From Thermoplasmata archaeon (GTDB lineage: Archaea; Thermoplasmatota; E2; JACPAO01; JAHFTW01), in NCBI GenBank assembly GCA_023269235.1, contig JAHFTW010000002.1, positions 119,294 through 183,293 of the forward strand: a DNA stretch of 64,000 bases. The letters run 5' to 3'. Each line of letters starts with the position of its first letter. The stretch's first letter is position 1. A program made the translations under genes and the position numbers. Shown here piece by piece: positions 18,036 to 27,442 of this stretch. The notes under the pieces were generated by a model. It worked only from the letters and a program-made list of their open reading frames with translations. It had not been told where the DNA came from and searched no databases.

Positions 18036-18162
18036 CTAGGGCGTGGGCGGGCGGAGGCTCGTCCAGCACGGCTGGCTCCGTGCACACGCCGGGTGGGGCC
18101 TTCGGCCCCACGCACTGGTCGGGTGGCCTCGCAATCAGGTGGCCACCCGCAGACTCGTCCAG
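18036..18162 (-). repeat. Displaced copy of alkA 3' end with intervening hairpins
   Basis: Active WTSLRVAT* (18161-18135) vs WTSLRPPTP* (18065-18036); stems at 18066-18083 and 18093-18111. Confidence 0.7.
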
Positions 18163-18755
18163 AGCACGCGGGCGGCGACCGAGTTGTAGGGCGACCAGTA
18201 TGCGCGGTGGGACTCCATGACCGCTTTCGCCTTGGGCTCCGGGACGCCGTAGGCGCGCGCGACGCCCATGCGGAGGCCGAGGTCCTCGGGGGCGAAGACG
18301 TCGGGGCGGTGGAGGTGGAAGAGGAGGAACATCTTCGCCGTCCAGGTGCCGATGCCCTTGACGGCAGTGAGCTCCTCCAGGATGGCTTCGTCGGCCATCG
18401 CGGGGAAGCGGTGGAACTCGACTTCCTTGCGCAGCGTCTTGTCGGCGAGGTCGAGGACGTACTCCGTCTTGCCCCGCGACAGGCCCGCCGACCGCAACTG
18501 CTCCGGCGTGCGGTTGAGGACGCGACGCGGCGTGACCTTGCCGCCGAGGACCTTGACGAGACGGCCATGGATGGTGCGCGCCGCGGCCATGCTGACCTGC
18601 TGGTGCGTGATGGACTGCACGAGCGTCGCGAACCCGTCGGGGGACTGGATGGGCGGCTCGCCTTCGAGGGGGTGCGCGCGGCTGAGTTTCCACATCACGG
18701 GGTCGGAGGCCTTCCACCGCGCCTCGGCTTTCTTCTGGAGGGCGTCCACGCTCAT
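18135..18755 (-). CDS. alkA: DNA-3-methyladenine glycosylase II (AlkA/HhH-GPD)
   Basis: ITHQQVS, GLSRGK, VKGIGTWTAKMFL, DLGLR, WSPY. Confidence 0.9.
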   Translation of the reverse strand: MSVDALQKKAEARWKASDPVMWKLSRAHPLEGEPPIQSPDGFATLVQSITHQQVSMAAARTIHGRLVKVLGGKVTPRRVLNRTPEQLRSAGLSRGKTEYVLDLADKTLRKEVEFHRFPAMADEAILEELTAVKGIGTWTAKMFLLFHLHRPDVFAPEDLGLRMGVARAYGVPEPKAKAVMESHRAYWSPYNSVAARVLWTSLRVAT

Positions 18756-20527
18756 GCGGTCTTCCAGGCATCACCGGGGCGGAACTGGGTCTCGTACGTG
18801 CCCTCGAAGAGCGGCGCGAAGCGGAGGCGTTGGTCCTTGCCGGTCGCGGTCTTTGGGATGGCGTCGACGAACTTGACGAGCTTGGGGGACTTCTCCCAGG
18901 GCACGCCCTTTCGCTTGAACCACGCCTGCACGGCGGCCTCCGTGAGTGCGGCGCCCTCGGGGCCCGGTTTGCGCTCGACGACGGCGCCGATCTCCTGGCC
19001 CAGTTTCTGCGACTTGAAGCCGTACGCGAGCGCGTTCTCGACGCCCGGGATGGAGCGCAGGAGCTGGTCGATCTCGAAGGTGCTGTACTTCTCGCCGCCG
19101 CGCTCGACGAGCTCCTTGATGCGGCCGACGATGAAGAAAAACGGGCGCCCTTTCTTGTCGAGGGCCATGAAGCCCTCGTCGCCGGTCTGCAGCACGCCGT
19201 GCGCAAACGTCTTGGCGTTGGCCTCCGGGTTGCGGAAGTACTCTTTCATGACGTTGCGGCCCGAGACGACGATTTCTCCCCAGCACTCCTTGCCGACTGG
19301 TTCGCCGAGGCGGCCGGCGGGGCGGGCCTTGCCGGTGTCGGGGTCGAGGATGCCCATCTGGTTGTGCGCGATGGGGACGCCGATGCTGGGAAAACCGTGT
19401 TCCGCGATGGCGATGCGGTAGTCTGCGTCGGTGAGGTCGCCGGGGAGGAAGCAGGAGTAGCAGGTCGTCTCCGACATGCCCCACCCGTGCGCGACGCGCA
19501 GGCCGAACTTGCTGGTGAAGCCCTCCGCCACGTCCACGTAGAGTTGCCCCGCTCCGCAGATGATGGTGCGGAACCGCTCGCGCAGGCGGGGATGTTTCGT
19601 GATGTCCTCGCCGAGGTCGGTGAGCGACTTCAGCATCGCCGGGACGACGGAGGTGGCGCTGACGTTCTCCGCGGAGACGCGGTCCCAGAACAGGGCCGGC
19701 TTCCACTTGCGGTTGAGGACGACGGTGGCGCCGCACCAGAGAGCGGTGAGGCAGGTGGTGACGATGGCGTTGACGTGGAACAACGGCATCGCCGTCATGA
19801 AGACGTCCGAGGCATCGAAGCCGTGGTGGCGCGCGATGCCGTGCGCGTCGTAGAGCATCTCGTGCGTCAGGATGACGCCCTTCGGGTTGCCCGTGGTGCC
19901 CGAGGTGTAGATGTTGATGGCGTCCGTGGCGAGGCGGCGCGGCGGGAGGTCCGCCTCGTCGGTGACGCTGTACATCATCTCGCCCCACTCCGCATCGTAC
20001 GTGGTGCGCACACAGTTCTCGCCGAACGCGATGACGGTGGTGGCGCCCGCCTTGCGGGCGATGGGGGCGACCCGCGTCGCGCAGCCGTCCCGCACGAAGA
20101 GCGCCTTCACTTGCGCATGGCCCATGATGTAGGCAAGCCGCTCATCGTCCTCCTTGAGATTGAGGGGAACGGTGAGGATGCCGGACGCCCACGCGGCGTA
20201 GAGGACGACGAGGGTGTCGCTGTGGTTGAACTCGTCCGCCGTCGCGATGGCGTCGCCCTCGACGAGGCCCAGGTCGGCCATGACCTTCGCGGCCTGGCGG
20301 ACCTCCACCAAGAACTCTTGCCGCGTCCAGTCGGCGCGGGTGCGCTCGTCGTCATCGTAGAAGACCAGGAACGGCGCGTCCGGGGCCTCGCGGGCACGAC
20401 GCTCCAAGAGGTCACCGATGCCGTCCACGCCCAGGTCGAAGCTGGGCAGGACATCGCCGTGGAGGTCGGGATGGTCTACGCGGTGCGCCTGCGTGATGAG
20501 GCCCTCGACGGGGGCGGCCTTCTGCAC
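18752..20527 (-). CDS. Class I adenylate-forming enzyme (acyl-CoA synthetase)
   Basis: YTSGTTGNPKG, PLFHVNA, GWGMSET, TGDEG, GRIKE, PKTATGK. Confidence 0.93.
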   Translation of the reverse strand: MQKAAPVEGLITQAHRVDHPDLHGDVLPSFDLGVDGIGDLLERRAREAPDAPFLVFYDDDERTRADWTRQEFLVEVRQAAKVMADLGLVEGDAIATADEFNHSDTLVVLYAAWASGILTVPLNLKEDDERLAYIMGHAQVKALFVRDGCATRVAPIARKAGATTVIAFGENCVRTTYDAEWGEMMYSVTDEADLPPRRLATDAINIYTSGTTGNPKGVILTHEMLYDAHGIARHHGFDASDVFMTAMPLFHVNAIVTTCLTALWCGATVVLNRKWKPALFWDRVSAENVSATSVVPAMLKSLTDLGEDITKHPRLRERFRTIICGAGQLYVDVAEGFTSKFGLRVAHGWGMSETTCYSCFLPGDLTDADYRIAIAEHGFPSIGVPIAHNQMGILDPDTGKARPAGRLGEPVGKECWGEIVVSGRNVMKEYFRNPEANAKTFAHGVLQTGDEGFMALDKKGRPFFFIVGRIKELVERGGEKYSTFEIDQLLRSIPGVENALAYGFKSQKLGQEIGAVVERKPGPEGAALTEAAVQAWFKRKGVPWEKSPKLVKFVDAIPKTATGKDQRLRFAPLFEGTYETQFRPGDAWKTA

Positions 20528-20593
20528 GGAAGCGCCAGAGGGAGGACCCGCTTGAAGCTGGCGGGCAAGGCCAACGAGCGACCGAGTTCACCG

Positions 20594-20621
20594 TACCCAC
20601 CAAATCGCAGAAATGTGGGTA
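20594..20621. promoter_or_regulatory. Inverted repeat, probable antitoxin operator
   Basis: TACCCAC-N14-GTGGGTA immediately upstream of the antitoxin gene. Confidence 0.5.
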
Positions 20622-20637
20622 AGGCTTATCGGGTCGC

Positions 20638-20919
20638 GTGCCCCATCTCACCCTCGTGAACCAGGAACTTGTCGCTGACGACCGTGGCCGCGTCACGCTT
20701 CCCCCGGACATGCGCAGGCGGCACGGCCAGCGCTACATGGCCATTGACACCCCCGACGGAATCCACCTGTTCCCCATCCCGAAGCGCGGCGACACCCAAT
20801 GGCTCGGCAAGCCGATCCCGTCGTCCGAGTACCGCCGCGTCGCCATGGAAGCGGCCGAGAAAGAAGTGGAGGACGAGCTCCGCACCATCCATGGGGTGAA
20901 ACGTGGTCGGAAGCGCTGA
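20638..20919 (+). CDS. AbrB/MazE-type antitoxin (VapB-like)
   Basis: DDRGRVTLPPDMRR swapped-hairpin motif; overlaps downstream PIN gene. Confidence 0.8.
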   Translation: MPHLTLVNQELVADDRGRVTLPPDMRRRHGQRYMAIDTPDGIHLFPIPKRGDTQWLGKPIPSSEYRRVAMEAAEKEVEDELRTIHGVKRGRKR

Positions 20920-21271
20920 CGCAAACCTGCTGCTTGCCGCCGTGGACCCGCAGGACGCCCTCCACGCGCGAGCCCGCAGCCACATCCATGCGCATGGACG
21001 CCTGCGCGCCTCCGTTCCCGCCGTCCTCGAGGCGTTCATCGTGCTGCGCCGTCGTGGCGCGAGCCTGCAAGCCCTGGTCGCCCGCCTCAATGAGCACTTT
21101 GACCTGGACGACGCCGGCAGCCTCCAAACGGCCGCATGGGCCCTCGACAAAGGCCTCCTCCGAACGCCCTTCGACGCCTACCACGCCGCCGACGCCCACC
21201 GACGCGGCGAGCCTCTCCACACCGCCGACCAGGAACTCCTCGCCTCGGCGTTCCCGACCATCGCCTACTGA
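20903..21271 (+). CDS. PIN-domain toxin (VapC-like)
   Basis: ADANLLLA, DALH, VLE, TPFDAYHAA, TADQ. Confidence 0.82.
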   Translation: MVGSADANLLLAAVDPQDALHARARSHIHAHGRLRASVPAVLEAFIVLRRRGASLQALVARLNEHFDLDDAGSLQTAAWALDKGLLRTPFDAYHAADAHRRGEPLHTADQELLASAFPTIAY

Positions 21272-21389
21272 CCCGCCCCCCGACGGAGTTAAAGAGCCCC
21301 CGCCGGCATGGAACCCCCGATGAACGGCTTGGGCTCCGACGCCCGCGAGTCATCACCGTAGGCCGCGCAGCTAGCGTGGCCCCGCATCT

Positions 21390-21473
21390 GCCAACGTCGC
21401 TCAATCCGGTAGAGCAGCGGTCTTGAAAACCGCCGTCCGCAAGGATTTCCAGGTTCAAATCCTGGCGTTGGCG
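21390..21473 (+). tRNA. tRNA-Ser(UGA)
   Basis: Acceptor GCCAACG/CGTTGGC, anticodon arm GCGGT-CTTGAAA-ACCGC, long variable arm, TTCAAAT loop, G73. Confidence 0.93.
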
Positions 21474-21522
21474 CTTGGGTTGATCGGCAGATCTATGGAT
21501 CTCGGCACCATCGTTTTGGACG

Positions 21523-22047
21523 ATGAGTCGCCGGGCTTCTTACCAGAAGACTCGGTCGAACAATCAAACTGAAGATGAGGCGTTGTTGGTTGTCTTACGC
21601 GCCGACCCCAGAATGCAACTGGTGAATTCCAAGACGCGCAATCGTCTCCTCGACCTTCTGGGACTTCGACCGGGTTTCAGTAGCCGCGTGTTTGACCTCA
21701 TCCGAACCAACTCTGTAGCTCCGGCGCTTGACGAATCTAACATTCACGAACATTTGGACGGCCTTGTTCTTGTTGAGGTCAAAGCCACTCAAGCGCCCAT
21801 CGTCGATTCGTCTCTTCATGGGTTCTTTTTTGGGGCAACCGAGAATGAGTACAAAATTGCGAAGCAACTTGGAGCGGCCTATTGTTTCGCGTTCGTGGTC
21901 CTTCGACCTGCGGGGGGCGGCAAACCTTTCCACGTTCTCTTGGACCTCGATGAAGTTGAGCGCCGCACACAGACCAAGCGAACGCAGTTTCAGGTGAATT
22001 TCAAGTCGGCCCGTCAAGGTGGTGTTCCCCCTGGACCTAAGCCTTGA
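21523..22047 (+). CDS. PD-(D/E)XK nuclease, DUF3883-like
   Basis: FDLI...LVEVKAT...FFFGATENEY.IA...YCFAFV. Confidence 0.6.
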   Translation: MSRRASYQKTRSNNQTEDEALLVVLRADPRMQLVNSKTRNRLLDLLGLRPGFSSRVFDLIRTNSVAPALDESNIHEHLDGLVLVEVKATQAPIVDSSLHGFFFGATENEYKIAKQLGAAYCFAFVVLRPAGGGKPFHVLLDLDEVERRTQTKRTQFQVNFKSARQGGVPPGPKP

Positions 22048-22807
22048 CCCCCGCCCCGGTGAAGGATACCGAAGCGCCAGCCAATGGGCCCGTCGCGTAA
22101 CTGAGAATTGGGCCGCGCGTGAATTGTACTGTTGGGGATGCCAGTCCCCACATCTTTCCGCGCACGCGACCAACACCAGCGTCGAGGATTACCGTTGTCC
22201 GTCTTGCTCTCGACGCGTTCAAGTCAAGGCGAAAAACGGGCCAATCGGGAAGACGGTTGCCAACTCAGGCTACGAAGTAAAACTTCAGGCCATCCGGAAA
22301 AATGTCGCACCAGACTATGCGTTCATGTCGTACAGCCGAACCGATTTGGCCGTCGAATCATTGTTCGTTGTTCCCGGTTCGTTTCTCTCTCAATCTGTAA
22401 TTTCTCCGCGTACGCCTTTGAGCGCGACTGCTCGGCGTGCTGGCTGGGTCGGCTCGAATATTCATCTGGACCGCATTCCGGCGTTTGGGAAAATCGTCGT
22501 GATTGCCGACGGAGCCGCACGTCCCAAGGTGCAGGTCCGCAAAGATTTCTCACAGATTGGATTTGTCGGGTCCTTCCCTCAAGAGCAGCGTGGTTGGCTT
22601 GGGGATGTCCTTTCTTGTTTGGAGAAGCTTGACCTCACGTCCGGAAGTTCATTCCATCTTGGCGACCTCTACGCATTCGAGGATTCCCTGCGTCGCCTGC
22701 ATCCAACGAACAACAACATTCAGCCAAAAATTCGGCAGCAACTCCAAGTGTTGGAACGGCAAGGAATTGTTCGCCGTCTCCGCCCGGGACTGTTCCAAAA
22801 GGTTTGA
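22031..22807 (+). CDS. DpnI-family (Dam-replacing) methyl-directed restriction endonuclease; alternative GTG starts 22019/22022
   Basis: YRSASQWARRVTENW, CWGC/CPSC, TARRAGWVGSNI, winged helix HPTNNNIQPKIRQQLQVL. Confidence 0.9.
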   Translation: MDLSLDPRPGEGYRSASQWARRVTENWAARELYCWGCQSPHLSAHATNTSVEDYRCPSCSRRVQVKAKNGPIGKTVANSGYEVKLQAIRKNVAPDYAFMSYSRTDLAVESLFVVPGSFLSQSVISPRTPLSATARRAGWVGSNIHLDRIPAFGKIVVIADGAARPKVQVRKDFSQIGFVGSFPQEQRGWLGDVLSCLEKLDLTSGSSFHLGDLYAFEDSLRRLHPTNNNIQPKIRQQLQVLERQGIVRRLRPGLFQKV

Positions 22808-22853
22808 CTCCACCCCGGCAAAGCGATTTCGTTGCCGTTTCCATCTGAGTCGC

Positions 22854-23039
22854 ATGAGCTACCGGCCGCTGGTGCCGCAGGTTGTTTGTCCGTGTGGGAG
22901 AAAAATTCCTCGTCGAAGTCTTGCGTTGACGGAGCCTGATACGGGGAGTTACCGGGGCGCCATATGGCAATCAGGTTGCTCCTGCGGACGTTCCCTGACG
23001 ATTGAAATTGCGGACGACCCCGAATATCCTTCCGACTAG
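22854..23039 (+). CDS. Putative zinc-ribbon microprotein (61 aa)
   Basis: CPCG...CSCG. Confidence 0.5.
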   Translation: MSYRPLVPQVVCPCGRKIPRRSLALTEPDTGSYRGAIWQSGCSCGRSLTIEIADDPEYPSD

Positions 23040-23659
23040 TCGCCCTGCTTCTTCGCCCTTGGTCCCGGCACAAAATTCCACACGGCGACCTGCGCGAACT
23101 CTTCCTCGTTCCAACCGACCGCGGACACGTTGCCGTAGTCCTGCGCGAACGCGAACGTCTGGACGTAGGGCAGTCCAAGGGAGTGGGCAAGGATCGCGCG
23201 GCTCACGCCCGCGTGACCGAACAGCGCAATCGTGCGTCCCTTGAACTCGTCCCGCAGTTTGTCCAAGCCGTCGGCGACGCGCTTCTGGAACACGCTGCCG
23301 GATTCTCCGCCGGGGGCCGCGTGGGCCATGACGTCACCCTGCCAGGCCTCTGCGTGGCCGGGGGAGTGCGCGAGGATTTGGGGCCAGAACAGGCCGTCCC
23401 ATTGGCCGAAGTCCATCTCCGCGAAGGCGGGCCGGACGGTGAGCGTCATGCCCTTGGCCTTGGCGAGGGGGGCGGCGGTGTCGAGGGCGCGGCGGCGCGG
23501 GCTCGCCACGATGGCGTCCAGCTCCGCCTCCTCGAGGTAGGCGGCGATGGCTTGGCCCTGGTGGCGCCCCAGGTCGGAGAGGGCGACGTCGGTGCGGCCG
23601 ATGAAGGCGCCGACGAACTTCGCCTCCACCTCGCCGTGTCGCATGAAGAACAGCCGCAC
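23036..23659 (-). CDS. Histidine phosphatase family (CobC/PGM-like)
   Basis: RHGE, SPRRRA, EMDFGQWDG, GGES, GHAG. Confidence 0.92.
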   Translation of the reverse strand: MRLFFMRHGEVEAKFVGAFIGRTDVALSDLGRHQGQAIAAYLEEAELDAIVASPRRRALDTAAPLAKAKGMTLTVRPAFAEMDFGQWDGLFWPQILAHSPGHAEAWQGDVMAHAAPGGESGSVFQKRVADGLDKLRDEFKGRTIALFGHAGVSRAILAHSLGLPYVQTFAFAQDYGNVSAVGWNEEEFAQVAVWNFVPGPRAKKQGD

Positions 23660-23730
23660 GCGTCGCCCAGCGGCAGGGGGCTCATCATGGTGCCGACGGC
23701 CTTTTGGGCAAGCCCCGTCTTGGAGCGGCC

Positions 23731-24054
23731 GTGGCTCCCCTCGCCTTGCCGCGCTTCCTGCGCTACGGCGAGTCGGAGCTGGACCCCGCCGTCCACGCCG
23801 AGATCCTGCTGGAGTCGGCGCGCAACGAAGCCCGCGTCGCCATCCTGGAGCTGGTGCTCGCCATTGGGTTCGGGCTCTGGTACGGTTTCCGCGGCGACGC
23901 GTTCCGCGCCGTGACGGTCTTCTCTCTCATCACCGTGCTGCCGTTGCTGCTCGACGCCCTGCTGCGGCGCATGGCAGCCAAGCGCCTCGCGGGCACGGGC
24001 CCGCACCCGGCGCCACGCGTGGGCCAGGGCGAGTTCGCGTACCGGCGCCGCTAG
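23731..24054 (+). CDS. Hypothetical membrane protein
   Basis: GTG about 26 nt after a T-rich box; two TM helices. Confidence 0.55.
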   Translation: MAPLALPRFLRYGESELDPAVHAEILLESARNEARVAILELVLAIGFGLWYGFRGDAFRAVTVFSLITVLPLLLDALLRRMAAKRLAGTGPHPAPRVGQGEFAYRRR

Positions 24055-24057
24055 CGA

Positions 24058-24459
24058 CTACAGGCTGCGTTCGTGGCCGGCGCGCGAGCCGGAGCCTGCG
24101 CCCATCCACGCGAGGCGGCCGGGGCCGCGCGCGACGATGACGCGCAAGCCGCTCTTCACGGCCTCCGCCTGGATGCGGCGGTCGTTGGTGAAGACGACGC
24201 CCTGCAGGCGGCGCGCGACCTCGAGGAGGCCATCATCGCCGGGCAAGGTCGTGGGCGCGACGGTGCTGCGCGCGGTGAGCTTGAGGGCCAGCTTGGCGGC
24301 GCGGCCGGGGGCGCCGCCGTTCTTGGCGAGGCCGGAGAGCTCGTTGGCGACGCTTTGCGGGACGACGAGCTCGATGATGCCGGCGAGCTGCTCGAGGCGC
24401 GTCAGGATGTCCCCCTCCGCGACGAGCAGGAGCGCGTTGGTGTCGGCGACGATCTGCAT
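24058..24459 (-). CDS. PIN-domain protein (Fcf1/Utp24-like)
   Basis: VADTNAL, VANEL, GDD, FTNDR; usual position after eif2g. Confidence 0.85.
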   Translation of the reverse strand: MQIVADTNALLLVAEGDILTRLEQLAGIIELVVPQSVANELSGLAKNGGAPGRAAKLALKLTARSTVAPTTLPGDDGLLEVARRLQGVVFTNDRRIQAEAVKSGLRVIVARGPGRLAWMGAGSGSRAGHERSL

Positions 24460-24464
24460 GGTGC

Positions 24465-25760
24465 TCAGGCGGCCTTGGGGACGCCGTAGCCGATGAGGCG
24501 CCAGCGGCCGCCGACGCGACGGCTGATGGCGATGCGGCTGTCGGCCTCGATGGCGACGGGCAGCTTGAGGACCGACTCGACGACGTTGTTGGCCGACTTG
24601 AGGACCATGCCGACGGTGGTGGCGGTGCCGACGTTGAGCATGAGGGGCTCCTTCACCTTGATGGGCTCGACGGCCGCCTCGTCCTCGGCGCCGACGACGC
24701 GCTCCAGGAGGGTGACGGCCATGTTGAGGCGGTCCACGGTCTTGGGGAGCTTGCCGGGGTGGCCGACGGCGCGGCCGACGAGGTTGTCGGCCTTCGTGAC
24801 GCTGGGGTCCAGCTCGGTGCCGATGGCGATGAGGCCGCCGGGGCCCGCCGACTCGACGGGTTCGCTGCCGCAGAAGAGGCTGACGATCTTCGACTTGAGG
24901 GGCTTCGTGGTGGACTTGCCGTCCGGGGTCTCGACGCGCAGGCCGGGGCTGATCTCGATCTCGTCGCCGACGCGCAGCGTGCCGCGGCTGAGGGAGCCGC
25001 CCATGACGCCGCCGCGCAGCTTGTCGGGGCGGGTGCCAGGGCGGTTGATGTCGAAGCTGCGCGCCACGAGCATGACGGGCTCATCCTTGGCGCTGTGCGG
25101 CTTCGTGGGGATGGTGGCCTCGATGGCCTCGATGAGGGCGCTGAGGTTGACGTCGTGGTGCGCGGAGATGGGGATGACGGGGGCAGTCTCGGCGACGGTG
25201 CCCTTGACGAACGCCTGGATCTCCTTGTAGTTCTCCAGGGCGCGCTTCTCGTCCACGAGGTCGATCTTGTTCTGGACGATGACGATGTTCTTCGCGCCGG
25301 CGATCTGCAGGGCCATGAGGTGCTCGCGCGTCTGCGGCTGCGGGCATTTCTCGTTCGCGGCGACCAGCAACAAGGCACCGTCCATGAGGGCGGCGCCGGA
25401 GAGCATGGTGGCCATGAGCGTCTCGTGGCCGGGGGCGTCCACGAAGCTGACGCGGCGCAGCTTGGCGGGCGCGGCGGCGAAGCGGGGGTCGTCCTTCTTG
25501 GTGCTGAAGACCGCCTGGCCCTCCGCGTCGGCGCCCTTGTAGAACGTCGAGTCGGCGTAGCCGAGCTTGATGCTGATGCCGCGCTTGATCTCCTCGGAGT
25601 GCACGTCGGTCCAGACGCCGGAGAGCGCCTTCGTGAGCGTGGTCTTGCCGTGGTCGACGTGGCCGATGAGGCCGATGTTGACCTCGGGCTGCTCGAACGG
25701 CGTGCTGCCCGCCGCTCCGGAGGTTTCGGCCTTCTTGGGGGCGGGGGCTTTCACGGCCAT
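24465..25760 (-). CDS. eif2g: Translation initiation factor aIF2 gamma
   Basis: QPEVNIGLIGHVDHGKTT, RGISIKLGYA, DAPGHE, ISRRVGGRWRLIGYG. Confidence 0.98.
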   Translation of the reverse strand: MAVKAPAPKKAETSGAAGSTPFEQPEVNIGLIGHVDHGKTTLTKALSGVWTDVHSEEIKRGISIKLGYADSTFYKGADAEGQAVFSTKKDDPRFAAAPAKLRRVSFVDAPGHETLMATMLSGAALMDGALLLVAANEKCPQPQTREHLMALQIAGAKNIVIVQNKIDLVDEKRALENYKEIQAFVKGTVAETAPVIPISAHHDVNLSALIEAIEATIPTKPHSAKDEPVMLVARSFDINRPGTRPDKLRGGVMGGSLSRGTLRVGDEIEISPGLRVETPDGKSTTKPLKSKIVSLFCGSEPVESAGPGGLIAIGTELDPSVTKADNLVGRAVGHPGKLPKTVDRLNMAVTLLERVVGAEDEAAVEPIKVKEPLMLNVGTATTVGMVLKSANNVVESVLKLPVAIEADSRIAISRRVGGRWRLIGYGVPKAA

Positions 25761-25828
25761 GAGGGCGCCCAGGAGGGTCTCCTTCAAAAAGGGGCGTGCC
25801 GGGAGAACGCTCTGGAGAAGACGGGCTC

Positions 25829-26242
25829 CTAGGGTTTCCCGCCTTTGCCCTCGAAGTCCAGGCTCGCCGAGTTGATGCAGTAGCGCTGCCCCGTCGGCGT
25901 CGGTCCGTCGTCGAAGAGGTGGCCCAGGTGGGCATCGCAGGCGGCGCAGCGGACCTCCGTGCGCTCCATCCCGTACGCGCGGTCCACGACCTCCTTGATC
26001 TTCGTCTTGTCCACGCTCTCCCAGAAGCTCGGCCAGCCGGTGCCGGAGTCGAACTTGGTGTCGGACTTGAACAGGCCGGCGCCGCAGCAGACGCACTTGT
26101 ACATCCCGACGCCCTTGTGGTTCCAGTACTTCCCCGAGAACGGCCGCTCCGTCGCGGAGCAGCGCGTCACCTCGTACTGCTCCTCGGTGAGCTTGCCTTT
26201 CCACTCGGCGTCGCGGGTCGTGTCCGGCATCGCTTTGGCCAT
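25829..26242 (-). CDS. msrB: Peptide methionine (R)-sulfoxide reductase
   Basis: [34 protein letters not shown]. Confidence 0.97.
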   Translation of the reverse strand: MAKAMPDTTRDAEWKGKLTEEQYEVTRCSATERPFSGKYWNHKGVGMYKCVCCGAGLFKSDTKFDSGTGWPSFWESVDKTKIKEVVDRAYGMERTEVRCAACDAHLGHLFDDGPTPTGQRYCINSASLDFEGKGGKP

Positions 26243-26319
26243 GCTGGTCCATGACCCTTGGACCTGTTCAGGTTTCCCCTGTTGGCAAAGGCTATCCCCA
26301 GGCCAGCCGGTGGCGAAGC

Positions 26320-27426
26320 GTGCCCTTCACGCTCTCCGACGACGAGGCGCTCATGCGCGACACGGTGCGCCAGTTCGCGCGTCAATGGGGCCTCGAGAAG
26401 GCGGCCGACGCGGACCGCCACGACCGCTACCCCGTGCAGGCGATGGCGGACGCCGCGGCCCTCGGCCTCACCGGCCTCGCCGCGCGGGACGGCCCGGGAG
26501 CGACCGCGTACGTCCTTGCCCTCGACGAGGTCGCCCAGGTGGACCCGACGCTCGCCGCCTGCCTCGCCGCCCACAACGCAGCCCTCGCCGCAGCCTCCAC
26601 CGCGAACCACCCGGTCGCCGGCCCGCTCGCCGCCGGAGAGATTGGGGCCCTGCTCGTCGCCGAGGAGGCCGCGGGCTCGGATGCCCTCCACCCCGGCACC
26701 GCCCTCGCCGGCGACGCCGCGCTCACGGTGAGCGGCCAGAAGGTGTGGGGCATCAACGCCCTCGCCGCGCGCCACCTCCTTGTCCTCGCCAAGCACGGCA
26801 CAAGCCTGAGCCTGCTCGCCCTCCCCCGCGACGCAGTCGGCGTCAGCGTCGGCGCCAACGAGCCCCTCATGGGCCTGCGAGCCGCCGGCATCCGCACGGT
26901 CTATCTTTCCAAGGTCGCCGTCCCGCCTGCGGCCTTCGTCGGCGCGTCGGGCCAGGGCGCCGCGGCGGTCGCCGCGGGACGGGCTTGGCTCACGCTCGGG
27001 TCGGCGGCCGCGCTGTGCGGCGCGGTCGCCGGCGGCCTCGCCGCGGCGGCCACGTTCGCGCAGAACCGGGTCCAGTTCGGCGCCCCCATCGCCACCTACC
27101 AGGCCGTCTCTGACGGCCTCACCACGATGGATGTCCAGCTCGCCGCCGCGCGCGCCCTCGTGCTGCAGGCAGCCGCCCGCCTCAGCGAGCCCGACGGCGC
27201 CGTGTGGGCGGCGCGCGCCAAGGCGTTCGCCGCCGAGATGGCCATCCCGATGACGCGGCAGGCCATCCGTGTCCAGGGCGGCACGGGCTTCATGCGCGAG
27301 GGGGGCACCGAGCGCTTCGCCCGCGACGCGCGCGCCCTGCAGTTCGTGGGCGAGACCGTGCAGATCCAGCGCGACATCCTGAAGCGCGCCCTCCTGCCCG
27401 ACGTCGCGTTCGCGCCCGAGCCGTAG
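26320..27426 (+). CDS. Acyl-CoA dehydrogenase family
   Basis: [43 protein letters not shown]. Confidence 0.9.
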   Translation: MPFTLSDDEALMRDTVRQFARQWGLEKAADADRHDRYPVQAMADAAALGLTGLAARDGPGATAYVLALDEVAQVDPTLAACLAAHNAALAAASTANHPVAGPLAAGEIGALLVAEEAAGSDALHPGTALAGDAALTVSGQKVWGINALAARHLLVLAKHGTSLSLLALPRDAVGVSVGANEPLMGLRAAGIRTVYLSKVAVPPAAFVGASGQGAAAVAAGRAWLTLGSAAALCGAVAGGLAAAATFAQNRVQFGAPIATYQAVSDGLTTMDVQLAAARALVLQAAARLSEPDGAVWAARAKAFAAEMAIPMTRQAIRVQGGTGFMREGGTERFARDARALQFVGETVQIQRDILKRALLPDVAFAPEP

Positions 27427-27442
27427 GGGCCTGGAGCATAGA

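Larger units (their letters stand above)
21474..23039. other. Low-GC defence islet downstream of tRNA-Ser
   Basis: Visibly more AT-rich with atypical codons; carries two nucleases; no integrase. Confidence 0.7.

Noticed and set aside
13187-22807. preQ0 genes plus nucleases as a Dpd DNA-modification system
   Set aside because: No dpdA/tgt-like gene; que genes have host-like GC and are adequately explained by archaeosine synthesis.
22800-22822. GGTTTGACTCCACCCCGGCA resembling a tRNA 3' remnant (attR)
   Set aside because: Does not match the local tRNA-Ser 3' end and overlaps the dpnI stop; probably chance.
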